Source: Candidatus Hydrogenedentota bacterium
Lineage (GTDB): Bacteria; Hydrogenedentota; Hydrogenedentia; Hydrogenedentales; GCA-2746185
Direction: 5' to 3'
Assembly (NCBI GenBank): GCA_046583315.1
Contig: JAYGCN010000174.1
Span: 1 to 51,543, forward strand
Length of the DNA: 51,543 nt
The notes under the pieces are model-generated. The model was not told the DNA's origin. It ran no database searches and was given only the letters and a program-made list of their open reading frames with translations. Positions 11,201-21,614 of this stretch are shown piece after piece. Numbering within the stretch: the stretch's first letter is position 1; each line of letters begins with the position of its first letter. The position numbers and the translations under genes are program-made.

Positions 11201-11685
11201 TGAGCGTAGCCTTGCGCATCCGCAATGAGTCCACTCGGAAACGCTTCTACCGTAGCGACGCCTTGACCCGTCTCATCGATCAAATACTGATCGGTGAAAA
11301 CAAGCGCGATGATGCCGAGATCAGCATTCTATTTTGCGACGATGTCTTCATGACTTCATTGAACAAGCAATACTTGAATAAAAACAAAACTACAGACGTT
11401 TTGTCTTTCGAGCAGGATGCCCTGCCCGGGCAAAGCCCGCAGATGCTCGGCGACATCGTTATCTCGCTGGAAACCGTTGAATCCAACTGCCACGGGGAAC
11501 CACAGGCCATGCGCGATGAAGTACGCATGCTCGTGTGTCATGGCACCCTGCACCTACTGGGCTATGACCACGGCACACGGGACGAGAAAGCACGGATGCG
11601 GGCCAAACAAGCTCACTACTTGAACACGTCTACGTCCAAAGCATGGAATTTTGGACCCAAAGGAGATGCCATCGTCCATGGATGA
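11200..11685 (+). CDS. ybeY: rRNA maturation endoribonuclease YbeY
   Basis: TDVLSF, LGDIVIS, HGTLHLLGYDH. Confidence 0.96.
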   Translation: MSVALRIRNESTRKRFYRSDALTRLIDQILIGENKRDDAEISILFCDDVFMTSLNKQYLNKNKTTDVLSFEQDALPGQSPQMLGDIVISLETVESNCHGEPQAMRDEVRMLVCHGTLHLLGYDHGTRDEKARMRAKQAHYLNTSTSKAWNFGPKGDAIVHG

Positions 11686-13132
11686 TGACCCTGGATCATT
11701 GCGACGTCGGTTTAGGTGGGGATTCCTGTATCTCGCGCTCATGTGCATCGCATTGGCCGCGTGGTCAGGCCTGGACACCCATTCCCAAAGCATGGGCCTC
11801 ACCGAAGATGGGCAGTCCACCCCCACATTCTTAACCGAGATGCCGCCGGGGATCATTGTTGCGCTGCTGTTGTTGATCGTGGCCTCGGCCTATTTTTCCG
11901 CCTCCGAAGTAGCCTTCTTTTCCTTGCACACGGTGCGGCTGCGCAACATGGCCGAGAGCGCCAGCTTCAGCAGCAAGGGAGTCGCCAAACTCATGGCCCA
12001 TCCCAGCCAACTGCTCATCACCATCCTCATCGGAAACATGATCGTCAACGTGCTCATCAGTGTTCTGCTGCCGACCCGCATAGAAGGAATTCTTGAACAC
12101 GTATACAACCTCCCCCCTGTCGCCGCGTACACCACGACGGTCATCGTCTCCACCTTTATCCTCGTTTTCTTTGGCGAGATCATGCCGAAGGTTATCGCGG
12201 TACGCATCAGCGAGACCTATGCGAAAGCCGCCGTGGGGCCCATGCTTCTCGTCGACAAACTATTGGGACCCATCCGCCTTTCCGTACTCCGGTTCACCGA
12301 TCTGTTGTTTCGCGTGACTCGTTTTGACAACATTGTAGCGGCCCCGTTCATCACCGACGAAGAATTTTTCTCGGTGCTGTCGGACAGCGAAGCTCAGGGG
12401 GTCATCGAAGAAGAAGAAGGTCAGATGATTCAGGGGATTCTCGAATCGGGTGATGCAAAATTGCGCGAAATTCTGGTACCCCGACTCGACGTGATAGCCA
12501 TCGAAGATTCGGCGACGGTGGAAGAGGCCCTTGACAAATTTCGGGAGCATGAATTTTCGCGTATGCCCGTTTTTGAAGGCAATCTGGACAACATTACCGG
12601 TCTTCTCTTCGCCAAAGATCTGCTCGTCTATGTGTTCCACGGTGAATTCGATCATGCGATCGCGCCCTTTATTCGGGAACCCAATTTCGTTCCTTCGACG
12701 ATGACCGTGCAGGATTTCGTGCGGCATGCCCAGCATAAACGCGCCCACCTGGCCATTGTGGCCGATGAATTCGGGGGTACTGCAGGTATCGTGACGCTTG
12801 AGGACGCCATGGAGGAAATCGTTGGCGACATCCAGGATGTCAGCGACGAGGTCGAGGAAACTCGATACCTAAAACTCTCCGACACTGAGTACCGCGTTGA
12901 CGGCGGGTTGCCTCTCGATGAACTTAGCGAAATCATCGGCATCGAATTGGAAGAAGGTTCGCACGAAACCGTGGCCGGCTTCTTTATCGAACACACACAC
13001 GAAATCGCCGAAGAAGGCGACCAACTGACTCATGGCGGCCTCGAATTCACCGTCGAAACCATCGAAGGCAAACGCGTACTCAGCTTTCACATCAAACGAC
13101 TCTCCCCAGCAACTCCCGAGGAGTCGACATGA
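11678..13132 (+). CDS. CNNM/CorB (hemolysin-family) Mg2+ transporter: DUF21-CBS-CBS-CorC
   Basis: SAYFSASEVAFFSL, ILIGNMIVN, FFGEIMPK, FSRMPVF, VADEFGGTAGIVTLEDAMEEIVGDI. The start codon is uncertain. Confidence 0.92.
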   Translation: MDDDPGSLRRRFRWGFLYLALMCIALAAWSGLDTHSQSMGLTEDGQSTPTFLTEMPPGIIVALLLLIVASAYFSASEVAFFSLHTVRLRNMAESASFSSKGVAKLMAHPSQLLITILIGNMIVNVLISVLLPTRIEGILEHVYNLPPVAAYTTTVIVSTFILVFFGEIMPKVIAVRISETYAKAAVGPMLLVDKLLGPIRLSVLRFTDLLFRVTRFDNIVAAPFITDEEFFSVLSDSEAQGVIEEEEGQMIQGILESGDAKLREILVPRLDVIAIEDSATVEEALDKFREHEFSRMPVFEGNLDNITGLLFAKDLLVYVFHGEFDHAIAPFIREPNFVPSTMTVQDFVRHAQHKRAHLAIVADEFGGTAGIVTLEDAMEEIVGDIQDVSDEVEETRYLKLSDTEYRVDGGLPLDELSEIIGIELEEGSHETVAGFFIEHTHEIAEEGDQLTHGGLEFTVETIEGKRVLSFHIKRLSPATPEEST

Positions 13133-14418
13133 GCGTAGTCCTCTTTTCCATAGGAATTTTCTTCCTCGGTATCGCCCTGAACGGCTTGTTTGCCGGTTAC
13201 GAAACTGGGTTTATCTCGGCGGACAAAATTCGCCTGCGTTATCTCGCCGAAGAAGAGGACAATGCCAAAGCAAAACAACTACTCAGGCACATCGAAGCGC
13301 CAGATACGATGCTCACCATCGTGCTTGTGGGTACCAACGTATCGCTTATCTTCGGAACCCTGGCCATCACCAATCAGATTGTAGCCAGCACTAAAGGCTT
13401 CGCGTTTATCAGTGAATCTGTATCCCACGTGTGGCTGCCCATGCTCGTCGCCACACCGATGTTTCTCATATTTGCCGAAATCGTACCCAAAAGCATATTC
13501 CGCAGCCACCCCACGCGCCTCTCGCTACGGTTGTTACCGGTCATTCGATTTTTTGAATACCTGCTACTGCCACTTACGGCGCCAACCATCATTCTGGTTA
13601 AAATTGCGCGTGCACTACTGGGCGTCTCGGGCGATCAGGAAAGTACACTGATGAGCTCGGAAGACGACTTGCGCAATCTCGTGGACGAAAGTGCCGCCCG
13701 GGGAAGCATTGAGAAGAGTGAACAGGAGATGATCCACGGAGTCATCAGCCTGCAGACCAAACAGGCCAAGGAAATCATGGTTCCCCGCACCGAAGTGCAG
13801 GCCCTGCCCAAATCGGCGAATCGCGAAGAGCTCATCGAGCTGTTCAAGCACACCGGACTCACGCGTATTCTCATTTACGACGAATCCATCGACACCATCC
13901 TGGGCGTCGCAAACGTATACGACGTGATGCTCGATCATGAATCGGTCGACACGTCCATTGCGCGATTCGCCCGTGAAGTGAGCTATGTGCCCGACACCAA
14001 ACCCATCGACGACCTCCTCCAGGAACTCAAGCAACGTAGCGAGCATCTGGCGGTCGTGACGGATGAATACGGGGGTATGCTGGGCATTATTACGCTGGAG
14101 GATGTGCTCGAGGAAATCTTCGGAGAAATTCACGATGAACATGATAAAGCCTTCGAGCTCATCCAACAGGTCGGACCACGCAACTACGTCATTGACGGGC
14201 GCATGCCGTTGGAAGAAGCGTCCGAAGTCATCAACATGCCCATCGACGAAGATGAAGTAGAAACCATCGGCGGTTGGGTGATGCTCAAGGCCGGGCGAAT
14301 TCCGGCGCAAGGTGAAAAAATACTCTTCGACGGCTTCCGGGTCATTATTCTGGAAGGCAACACGCGCCGGGTGATCAAGATTCGCCTGGACCTGCTCGAC
14401 GTGCCGCTGACCGAATAA
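13129..14418 (+). CDS. Second CNNM/CorB (hemolysin-family) protein
   Basis: LFAGYETGFIS, LVGTN, FAEIVPK, VTDEYGGMLGIITLEDVLEEIFGEIHDE. ATGA overlap with the first paralog. Confidence 0.92.
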   Translation: MSVVLFSIGIFFLGIALNGLFAGYETGFISADKIRLRYLAEEEDNAKAKQLLRHIEAPDTMLTIVLVGTNVSLIFGTLAITNQIVASTKGFAFISESVSHVWLPMLVATPMFLIFAEIVPKSIFRSHPTRLSLRLLPVIRFFEYLLLPLTAPTIILVKIARALLGVSGDQESTLMSSEDDLRNLVDESAARGSIEKSEQEMIHGVISLQTKQAKEIMVPRTEVQALPKSANREELIELFKHTGLTRILIYDESIDTILGVANVYDVMLDHESVDTSIARFAREVSYVPDTKPIDDLLQELKQRSEHLAVVTDEYGGMLGIITLEDVLEEIFGEIHDEHDKAFELIQQVGPRNYVIDGRMPLEEASEVINMPIDEDEVETIGGWVMLKAGRIPAQGEKILFDGFRVIILEGNTRRVIKIRLDLLDVPLTE

Positions 14419-14518
14419 ATTCGCGTAATCGCGCGCTCATAGAAGAAATCATGGAACCCTTCTTAGTATACTACCCATTCATCCAGAAACCGCCTGCGCA
14501 ACAACCTCAGTAGCCTTT

Positions 14519-15250
14519 ATGAACGAATTCAAGACTAACAAAGACGAGAACTTTCTTCGGCAATATTTCAGAGCCATCCGTTTCTATTTGGTTACGGGAC
14601 TATTGGTCTGGATTCCGTTGATCGTGACCGTGTGGCTCACCTGGTGGCTCTTCAAAAATGTCGGGCTTGGCATTGAACGGGTAATCGAAAACGGCTACGC
14701 CTGGCTCAACGGCGTCGGCGAACGCGTAGATCAACTCGAAGTGCTCACGACTTTTCAGTACCATCAGGGCTTCGGATTTCTCACCGCTGTAGCGTTGTTT
14801 CTTACGACCGGATTCCTCGCGCGCAACTTGGTCGGGCAACGATTTATTCGTGCAGGCGAGCAATTGGTCAGTCGCGTTCCGGGCATCAATCGAATCTACA
14901 GAGCCGTTCGTCAGATTCGCGACGTATTCGTAGGACGAGAGGGCGCGGTATTTCAACGGGTATGCGTCATACAATATCCGCGACCAGGACTGTACGCCGT
15001 CGCGTTCGTGACCTCCGAAGAACAGGGGCTTGTCCAGAAGGCCACGGGCAAAAAATTGAGTGCTGTTTTTGTGCCGACAACCCCCAACCCGACATCGGGA
15101 TTTCTCCTCTACGTACCGACCGAGGAAATTATCGATCTCGACATTAAGGCCGAAGAAGCGATGAAGTTGATCATCTCAGCCGGTGCCTACATTCCTGGCA
15201 TCCATGATGATGAAACCAGCGGAGAGAAGTCTTCCGAAATTGAGTCCTGA
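14519..15250 (+). CDS. DUF502 domain membrane protein
   Basis: TGLLVWIPLIVT, VPGINRIY, QYPRPGLYAVAFVT, VFVPTTPNPTSGFLL, EEAMKLIISAG. Confidence 0.93.
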   Translation: MNEFKTNKDENFLRQYFRAIRFYLVTGLLVWIPLIVTVWLTWWLFKNVGLGIERVIENGYAWLNGVGERVDQLEVLTTFQYHQGFGFLTAVALFLTTGFLARNLVGQRFIRAGEQLVSRVPGINRIYRAVRQIRDVFVGREGAVFQRVCVIQYPRPGLYAVAFVTSEEQGLVQKATGKKLSAVFVPTTPNPTSGFLLYVPTEEIIDLDIKAEEAMKLIISAGAYIPGIHDDETSGEKSSEIES

Positions 15251-15268
15251 CCACCGAATATCCGCACG

Positions 15269-15304
15269 AAAAAAGACGAGGCCGGAAAACCAACCTCGCC
15301 TCTT
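15269..15304 (-). terminator. Rho-independent terminator of the DUF1559 gene
   Basis: The minus strand reads GAGGCGAGGUUGG-UUUU-CCGGCCUCGUCUU followed by a U run: a 13-bp stem with G-U pairs, about 25 nt after the stop codon. Confidence 0.75.
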
Positions 15305-15328
15305 CAGTTTCTGTCAGTGCGGATGTTG

Positions 15329-16279
15329 CTAAAAGCCGTCAAAACCCTTGTTATAGCGTCCAAACGTGCGTGCGCTATCGGCCGTCACCGGGAAATGCTC
15401 GCCCTCATATTTGAGAAACGTGACATGTCCGTCCAGATACAACACGTTCGCGCCGCCGGGCACGTGAGAGAAATCACCAACCTTCGTACTGATGTGATCC
15501 CACATAATTGGAATGACGCTAGTGGCTTTGGCCGATGTCGCTGCGTTGTTGATGTCCGTAATCAGCATGCGCTGAATGCCTTCGCGCAAGCGGAATATCG
15601 TGTTGAAGTCCCCGCCTTCTTGTGAGCCCATATTTTGAGGTTGGGTAACCGTGAAGTCACGCAGACTGGCATCGCCCAGTGTATCGCGATTGGCCTGCGC
15701 CAATTCACCCCACGGCGTATTCTGAAATTCGGATTCTTCCCAGCGACCATTCGGACCCGATCCTCTCAGACCAATTTTGTCTTCGCCCAAAATCTGACGG
15801 TCGAAAAGAATCATCCAACCCGTATAGTCAAAAGGTTCCTTCGCGAACTCATGCGGCTGAAAAACGCCATCACCGTTCCCCTTTTTTCCGTCGTAACGTT
15901 CCATCGCGCTGTCCTGCCCCGGCCACGACGGACACCACACGACATCGATATCATCAATGTACTCAGGAAACACCGAGTAACCATGGAAAATCATATCGTT
16001 ACTCAGAAAGCGCGTTTCTTCCAGGGTGTTCGGGTCCGTTTCAACGGTGAATATTTCTCGTGGTGGCAAGAATCCGCCGCGGGATTCATTCCCGTACATG
16101 ATGAGGCTCAGACTGATTTGCTTGAGGTTACTCGCGCACGATGCACGGCGTGCGGCTTCACGAGCGCGTGACAGAGCCGGCAGCAATACGGCAGCGAGAA
16201 TTCCAATGATGGCTATCACGACCAACAATTCGATGAGTGTGAAACCGCGACGAGTCGATTTGGGGGATAATTTGCTCAT
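15329..16279 (-). CDS. DUF1559 prepilin-type N-terminal cleavage/methylation protein with H-X9-DG motif
   Basis: [45 protein letters not shown] and [15 protein letters not shown]. Start ATG 16279 follows AAGGA. Confidence 0.95.
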   Translation of the reverse strand: MSKLSPKSTRRGFTLIELLVVIAIIGILAAVLLPALSRAREAARRASCASNLKQISLSLIMYGNESRGGFLPPREIFTVETDPNTLEETRFLSNDMIFHGYSVFPEYIDDIDVVWCPSWPGQDSAMERYDGKKGNGDGVFQPHEFAKEPFDYTGWMILFDRQILGEDKIGLRGSGPNGRWEESEFQNTPWGELAQANRDTLGDASLRDFTVTQPQNMGSQEGGDFNTIFRLREGIQRMLITDINNAATSAKATSVIPIMWDHISTKVGDFSHVPGGANVLYLDGHVTFLKYEGEHFPVTADSARTFGRYNKGFDGF

Positions 16280-16331
16280 GGTACAATCCTTGTTTACTAT
16301 GGGGTTCATGGCGGAAATCGCCCCAATCATT

Positions 16332-16386
16332 TGTTTAGCATGCTGAACACTGAGTAACTATAGCAATGTCCGGATTGGCGTGTCAA
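16332..16386 (-). promoter_or_regulatory. Sigma70 promoter plus 18-bp palindromic operator of the DUF1559 gene
   Basis: Minus strand: TTGACA (16386-16381), 18 nt, TGcTATAGT (-10 at 16362-16357). The palindrome TGTTTAGCA|TGCTGAACA lies at 16332-16349. Confidence 0.7.
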
Positions 16387-16478
16387 TATTTTGCTCGGTT
16401 TTCTATATGACTGTCATTTTTCTCGATTGGCCCACTATAGCATCGTATTCGACACGCCCCATCCAGTAGAATAGCAAT

Positions 16479-17009
16479 ATGAAACTTACCAAATTCATAC
16501 AAATTTCCGGCGTATCGGCCATAATCGGACCACTATTGCTTGTGACTGGCTGCTCCTCACCGCCCTCACCTGACGGCCCGGAATCGCAGATACTTTCCAT
16601 GTACGAGGGATATCGCGACGATTTTCCGGATATTGCAGAGGTGACACCGGCAGAAATTGCGCAGGCATACAAGGCTGGGAATCTGGTTATCGTAGATGTG
16701 CGTGAACCAGAGGAGCAGGCGGTGTCCATGATTCCCGGTGCAATCACACAGCAGGAATTCGAGGCACGGCGCGATGATTTCGAAAGTAAACGGGTAGTCG
16801 CGCATTGCACCATCGGGTATCGCAGTGGTGTTTACGTGGACCAGTTGCGCACCGAGGGTTTCGACGCGGAAAATCTCGTCGGCAGCTTGTTGCTTTGGAC
16901 GCACGAGGGATTGCCTCTGGAAGACGCCGATGGAAACCCAACGAAGCGTGTACACGTCTACGGCAAGAAGTGGAATTTGGTCGCCGAGGGTTACGAGGCC
17001 GTTTGGTAG
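16479..17009 (+). CDS. Rhodanese-like domain lipoprotein
   Basis: Lipobox-like LLVTGC, IVDVREPEE..VSMIPGA, active-site loop HCTIGYRS, NLVGSLLLW. Confidence 0.88.
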   Translation: MKLTKFIQISGVSAIIGPLLLVTGCSSPPSPDGPESQILSMYEGYRDDFPDIAEVTPAEIAQAYKAGNLVIVDVREPEEQAVSMIPGAITQQEFEARRDDFESKRVVAHCTIGYRSGVYVDQLRTEGFDAENLVGSLLLWTHEGLPLEDADGNPTKRVHVYGKKWNLVAEGYEAVW

Positions 17010-17561
17010 CTATCCGTTTTTCGCCAGCCAACGTTCCGCGAGCAACAGCCCTATAATCGTGAAAGCGTCAACAATCTCCCCCGACTCTACCATGGCGATG
17101 GCATCCGTAAACGGCACTTTACGAATCTGCAGAATTTCAGTGTCATCGGGATCGGATTCGGTTTCCATCAGATCTTCCGCGATAAACAGGTAACCCACTT
17201 CCGAGGTCACGCAGTTGCTCATGTGAATCTCGTGCCCGAGCAGATGCCACGTCTGCGCGATGAGCCCGGCTTCCTCCTTCAGTTCACGCTTGGCGCATTC
17301 AAGTGGCTCTTCGCCTTCATCGGTGCCGCCCTCTATAATCTCCCACGAGTACACGTCATTGGGATAGCGGTACTGGCCGACGAGATAGACCTCCCGCTCC
17401 GGCGTCAGCGCAACCACGCCGTTGGCGATTCGCGTGTCAAGTACGCCATATATACCGGGAGTTCCATTGGGCTGAATCACCTCGTCTTCGCGCACGGAAA
17501 TCCATGGGTTCTTGTACACGATTCGCGATTTTACCGTCTTCCAGGGGTTTCCAAAAGGCAT
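17010..17561 (-). CDS. NUDIX hydrolase (ADP-ribose pyrophosphatase-like)
   Basis: Nudix box GGTDEGEEPLECAKRELKEEAGL, plus VYKNPWISVRED and QYRYP. Confidence 0.93.
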   Translation of the reverse strand: MPFGNPWKTVKSRIVYKNPWISVREDEVIQPNGTPGIYGVLDTRIANGVVALTPEREVYLVGQYRYPNDVYSWEIIEGGTDEGEEPLECAKRELKEEAGLIAQTWHLLGHEIHMSNCVTSEVGYLFIAEDLMETESDPDDTEILQIRKVPFTDAIAMVESGEIVDAFTIIGLLLAERWLAKNG

Positions 17562-17619
17562 GAATCTGTTTCCCGTAGTTGGTCATTTGCTATACTGTGC
17601 GCCCTAAAGGAGAAATATC

Positions 17620-18078
17620 GTGTCGGATCAACCCTCTAACGAACCCCAAGAGCATAACACCGTTTCACAGAATGCCTCTACCTTCATACTGTCACGGGAG
17701 AATTTTGACCAGGTTCCGGTGTTCCGCGGACGGTATATTGTTCTCTATCTGCTGATTCTGGTGTGGTGGGTTGCCCCGAAGGCTCTGTATCTCTACACCC
17801 GTGAGTTGCCGCCTACGGCCTTTGCGCCTGTTTATTATGGCGTGTTTATCGGTCTGTATCTGACTTTTTTTTATTATTTCGCGAAGGCCCTGCGTACCAT
17901 GGGTTACGCCATCTATATGATCATTCCAACGCTTCTGGTGGTTTCCGTTCCCATTCCGGGTTTATTAGCGATGGGATTTATGGATCGAAAAATCGCGGAC
18001 CTCTGGGACAAGGCGGACAACGCCCACCAAAGTTATCGCCAGCGGGTCTACGAGGAAGAGGAAGACGAAGGGGATTGA
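17620..18078 (+). CDS. Hypothetical membrane protein (about 3 TM, acidic tail)
   Basis: GTG start after GGAG, extended -10 TGcTATACT at 17588-17596, three hydrophobic segments. Confidence 0.7.
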   Translation: MSDQPSNEPQEHNTVSQNASTFILSRENFDQVPVFRGRYIVLYLLILVWWVAPKALYLYTRELPPTAFAPVYYGVFIGLYLTFFYYFAKALRTMGYAIYMIIPTLLVVSVPIPGLLAMGFMDRKIADLWDKADNAHQSYRQRVYEEEEDEGD

Positions 18079-20034
18079 TTACTCCTCGTCGCCTCGCAAT
18101 TTGGCGAGCACGGAGATATCTTCGAGAGTCGTTGTATCGCCAGTGGTTTCCACACCGGACGCGATGTCCCTTAACAAACGCCGCATGATTTTGCCGGAGC
18201 GTGTCTTCGGCAAGGCATCGGTGAAACGGATCTGATCGGGTTTGGCGATGGCTCCGATTTCCTTGGCAACGTGATCGCGCAACGTGGCCACATGGGCATC
18301 ATCGGTTTCAACGCCGGCACCTAAGGTCACGAAGGCGCAGATGCCCTGGCCCTTGATGTCGTGGGGATAACCCACCACCGCGGCTTCGGCGACGAGTTTG
18401 CTGGAGACGAGTGCGGATTCAATTTCCATGGTGCCGAGGCGATGTCCGGAGACGTTGATGACATCGTCGAGTCGCCCAATGATCATGTAGTATCCGTTTT
18501 TATCGCGAAAGGCGCCATCCCCGGCGAGGTACCAACCCTGTTTCTCGTATTTCTCCCAATAAACCTCTTTGTAACGATCGTCCGCGTTGTACAGCGTGCG
18601 TAACATCGACGGCCATGGATCTTTGATCACAAGCAGGCCGCTGTGACCATCCGGTACATCGTCACCATTCTCCGAAACAATTGCCGGATTCACTCCGAAA
18701 AACGGCATGCCCGCCGATCCCGGCTTCGTATACATCGCTCCAGGGACGGTCGTAATCATAATGCCGCCCGTCTCGGTCTGCCACCATGTATCGACAATCG
18801 GACATTTCTCCTTGCCGATCACCCGGTGATACCACATCCAGGCCTCGGGATTGATAGGCTCGCCCACGGTGCCCAGAAGGCGCAACGAACTCAGGTCGTA
18901 TTTATTGGGATGTTCGTCGCCCCATTTGATGAAGGTGCGAATGGCTGTGGGCGCGGTGTAGAAAATATTGACGCTGTATTTCTCGACGATGGACCAGAAA
19001 CGGCCTTCATCCGGCGTGTTCGGCGTTCCTTCATACATGACCGAGGTCGCGCCGTTACAGAGGATGCCGTAAACGATGTAGCTGTGACCGGTGACCCAGC
19101 CGATGTCCGCGGTGCACCAGTAGGTATCTTCTTCTTTTATATCAAATACGTATTTGGCTGTGACGTACGTTCCAACCATGTACCCGCCGGTACTGTGCAA
19201 AATGCCTTTGGGTTTTCCAGTCGAGCCGGAGGTATACAAAATGTACAGAGGATCTTCCGCGTCCTGTTCCGCTGCCGGACAATTGGCCGAGGCTTCGGGC
19301 ACGATGTCGTGCCACCACACATCGCGTCCCTCTTGCATGGTCACGTCGAGGTCGCAACGATTGACGACAACGACTTTTTCGACGGTCGGACAATTGGGCA
19401 GCGCCTCATCCACAGTAGCTTTCAGCGGCATGGGTGCCCCACGGCGATAGCCTCCGTCTGCGGTGATGATCATCGTACACGCGCAATCCTGTACACGGTC
19501 CACAATCGCATTGGCCGAGAAACCGCCGAAAATGATCGAGTGTACGGCTCCGATACGTGCGCAGGCCAGCATGGCAATCGCCAATTCCGGCACCATCGGC
19601 ATGTAAATCGCCACGCGATCGCCTTTTTTGAGCCCCTGTACCTTGAAAGCGTTGGCGGCCTTGCAGACCTCACGGTGGAGTTGCTGGTAGGTCAGTGTTC
19701 GCTGATCGCCCGGCTCGCCTTCCCAGATAATTGCAGCCTTGTTCTTGCGCGAGGTGGTCAAGTGGCGATCCAGGCAGTTGTAGGCGATATTCGTCGTGCC
19801 GCCCTCAAACCACTTGTAAAAGGGGGCGTTATCCCTGTTAACAACGCGGGTCCACTTCTTGAACCAGTGCAATTCGCCCGCAATACTGCTCCAAAAAGAA
19901 TCGGGGTCCTCGATAGAATGGGTATACAACCGCTGATAATCCTCCATCGATTTGATGTGGGCGCTATTCTGAAAATCGCTCGTCGGCTCAAAGGTGCGTG
20001 TTTCCTCAAGGACGTGCTCGATATTGTCGCTCAT
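18079..20034 (-). CDS. acs: Acetyl-CoA synthetase (AMP-forming)
   Basis: [52 protein letters not shown]. Confidence 0.98.
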   Translation of the reverse strand: MSDNIEHVLEETRTFEPTSDFQNSAHIKSMEDYQRLYTHSIEDPDSFWSSIAGELHWFKKWTRVVNRDNAPFYKWFEGGTTNIAYNCLDRHLTTSRKNKAAIIWEGEPGDQRTLTYQQLHREVCKAANAFKVQGLKKGDRVAIYMPMVPELAIAMLACARIGAVHSIIFGGFSANAIVDRVQDCACTMIITADGGYRRGAPMPLKATVDEALPNCPTVEKVVVVNRCDLDVTMQEGRDVWWHDIVPEASANCPAAEQDAEDPLYILYTSGSTGKPKGILHSTGGYMVGTYVTAKYVFDIKEEDTYWCTADIGWVTGHSYIVYGILCNGATSVMYEGTPNTPDEGRFWSIVEKYSVNIFYTAPTAIRTFIKWGDEHPNKYDLSSLRLLGTVGEPINPEAWMWYHRVIGKEKCPIVDTWWQTETGGIMITTVPGAMYTKPGSAGMPFFGVNPAIVSENGDDVPDGHSGLLVIKDPWPSMLRTLYNADDRYKEVYWEKYEKQGWYLAGDGAFRDKNGYYMIIGRLDDVINVSGHRLGTMEIESALVSSKLVAEAAVVGYPHDIKGQGICAFVTLGAGVETDDAHVATLRDHVAKEIGAIAKPDQIRFTDALPKTRSGKIMRRLLRDIASGVETTGDTTTLEDISVLAKLRGDEE

Positions 20035-20196
20035 TCGATGGTCTCCAGTACGGGTTCGTAGTCACTAAAATCACCCTACATTGTGCCACGGCAACCCGCC
20101 CAAAACAAACGGTTTTCGCTGTTATCAAACCCATTTAATTGAATAGGCATCAATTGGTACGATACAGATAGACTTTCGAGAAGGAGAAGGGCGACC

Positions 20197-21612
20197 ATGT
20201 ACAGGTCCCGATTGGGTAAATACACGAGAAGGCAGTTCCTGCACACCAGTGCCACAGCAGCATTGGTCGGCAGTTCCGGTATGCTCAGCGGTTGCGCATC
20301 AAATCAATACGCCGAATCGGGCATTGGTCGTGTGGTGGTTATCGGCGCGGGCATTGCTGGCATCTCTGCGGCGAATGCCCTGCAACGAGCCGGGTATGGA
20401 GTCGTCGTGCTAGAAGGTTCAAACCGGGTCGGCGGACGGATTCACACGGATCGTAGTCTCGGAGTACCCATTGAACTGGGCGCGGCGCGCATTCGTGGCA
20501 TGAAGAAGAATCCGATAACCCCTTACGCCGAACTCGCCAAGATAGAATACCGGCCCTTCGAATGGAGCAATCTGAGCGGCGCCAGCTCGGACGGTGTCGA
20601 AATCGACCGCGATCGTCTGTCCAAAGCCCGCAGTAGCCTCTTCCGCATGGTGGCCAGAGCGGTCATCCGAAATCTGGGTCGAAAAAAAGATGCCACGGTC
20701 GCAGAGATCATTCAACACGAACGCGACCTGAAGAATCTTACGCAGGAGGAAGAACACATACTGAACTTCTCCCTGGCGAGTGCTGAAATTGCGAGTGGTT
20801 CTCCCTTTGCCCAGGCATCCTGGAAAAATCTTCGCGACTATGAGGCGTACAGCGGCCCCGAACAAATGGTCATCAACGGCTTCGACGCGTTGCCCAAATT
20901 GTTATCCGAATTCCTCGACGTGCGATTCAAGACGACGGTAAAGGCCATCGACTACAGTGGCGACGAGATTCGTGTAGTCACCGACAATACGACGTTTACG
21001 GCAGACTATGTCGTGGTGACCGTGTCATTGGGCGTGTTGCAGGCAAAGGGAATCGAGTTCGTGCCTGAACTTCCAGAGCATAAGCAACGCGCCATCGGAC
21101 GCATGGGCATGGGCAACGTGAACAAGATAGGATTGCGCTTCCCAGAAATATTTTGGCCCATTGACAGCCATGCACTCGTACATGGAAGCGATACAATAGG
21201 CGAATTCTCCTCTTTCATTAACATCGCGCGCTACACATGGGAGCCTGTGCTGCTTGCCATGATTCCCGAAAGTTACCGCGACGCGCTCGAAGGCGTACCC
21301 GACGAGACTGTAGTCCGGGAGGCCTATGCGGTGCTTCAAGGCATGTACGGATCCCGCATTCCCGCGCCAACGCAGGTCGTCCGTTCGGAATGGAAGGCCG
21401 ATCCGCTGTTTCGCGGGGCGACAAGTTACAACAAGATCGGCGCACTTAGCGAGGATCGTGATGATCTGGCCCAATCCGTAGATCGGAAATTGTTCTTTGC
21501 CGGTGAAGCGACCCATCGAAAGAAGTACGGATCGGTGGGTGGTGCTTATGTGACGGGACAACGGGCGATGCGCGATATTCTGCAGGCCACAACACTGCCG
21601 AAAATGACCTGA
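20197..21612 (+). CDS. Flavin-dependent amine oxidase (MAO/PAO family), predicted Tat-exported lipoprotein
   Basis: TRRQFL twin-arginine motif plus LSGC lipobox, VVVIGAGIAG, LEGSNRVGGRI, ADYVVVTVSLGVL, LFFAGEAT. Confidence 0.88.
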   Translation: MYRSRLGKYTRRQFLHTSATAALVGSSGMLSGCASNQYAESGIGRVVVIGAGIAGISAANALQRAGYGVVVLEGSNRVGGRIHTDRSLGVPIELGAARIRGMKKNPITPYAELAKIEYRPFEWSNLSGASSDGVEIDRDRLSKARSSLFRMVARAVIRNLGRKKDATVAEIIQHERDLKNLTQEEEHILNFSLASAEIASGSPFAQASWKNLRDYEAYSGPEQMVINGFDALPKLLSEFLDVRFKTTVKAIDYSGDEIRVVTDNTTFTADYVVVTVSLGVLQAKGIEFVPELPEHKQRAIGRMGMGNVNKIGLRFPEIFWPIDSHALVHGSDTIGEFSSFINIARYTWEPVLLAMIPESYRDALEGVPDETVVREAYAVLQGMYGSRIPAPTQVVRSEWKADPLFRGATSYNKIGALSEDRDDLAQSVDRKLFFAGEATHRKKYGSVGGAYVTGQRAMRDILQATTLPKMT

Positions 21613-21614
21613 CC

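Noticed and set aside
18643..20061. 472-aa plus-strand ORF
   Set aside because: It lies antisense to acs and has no protein-family features.
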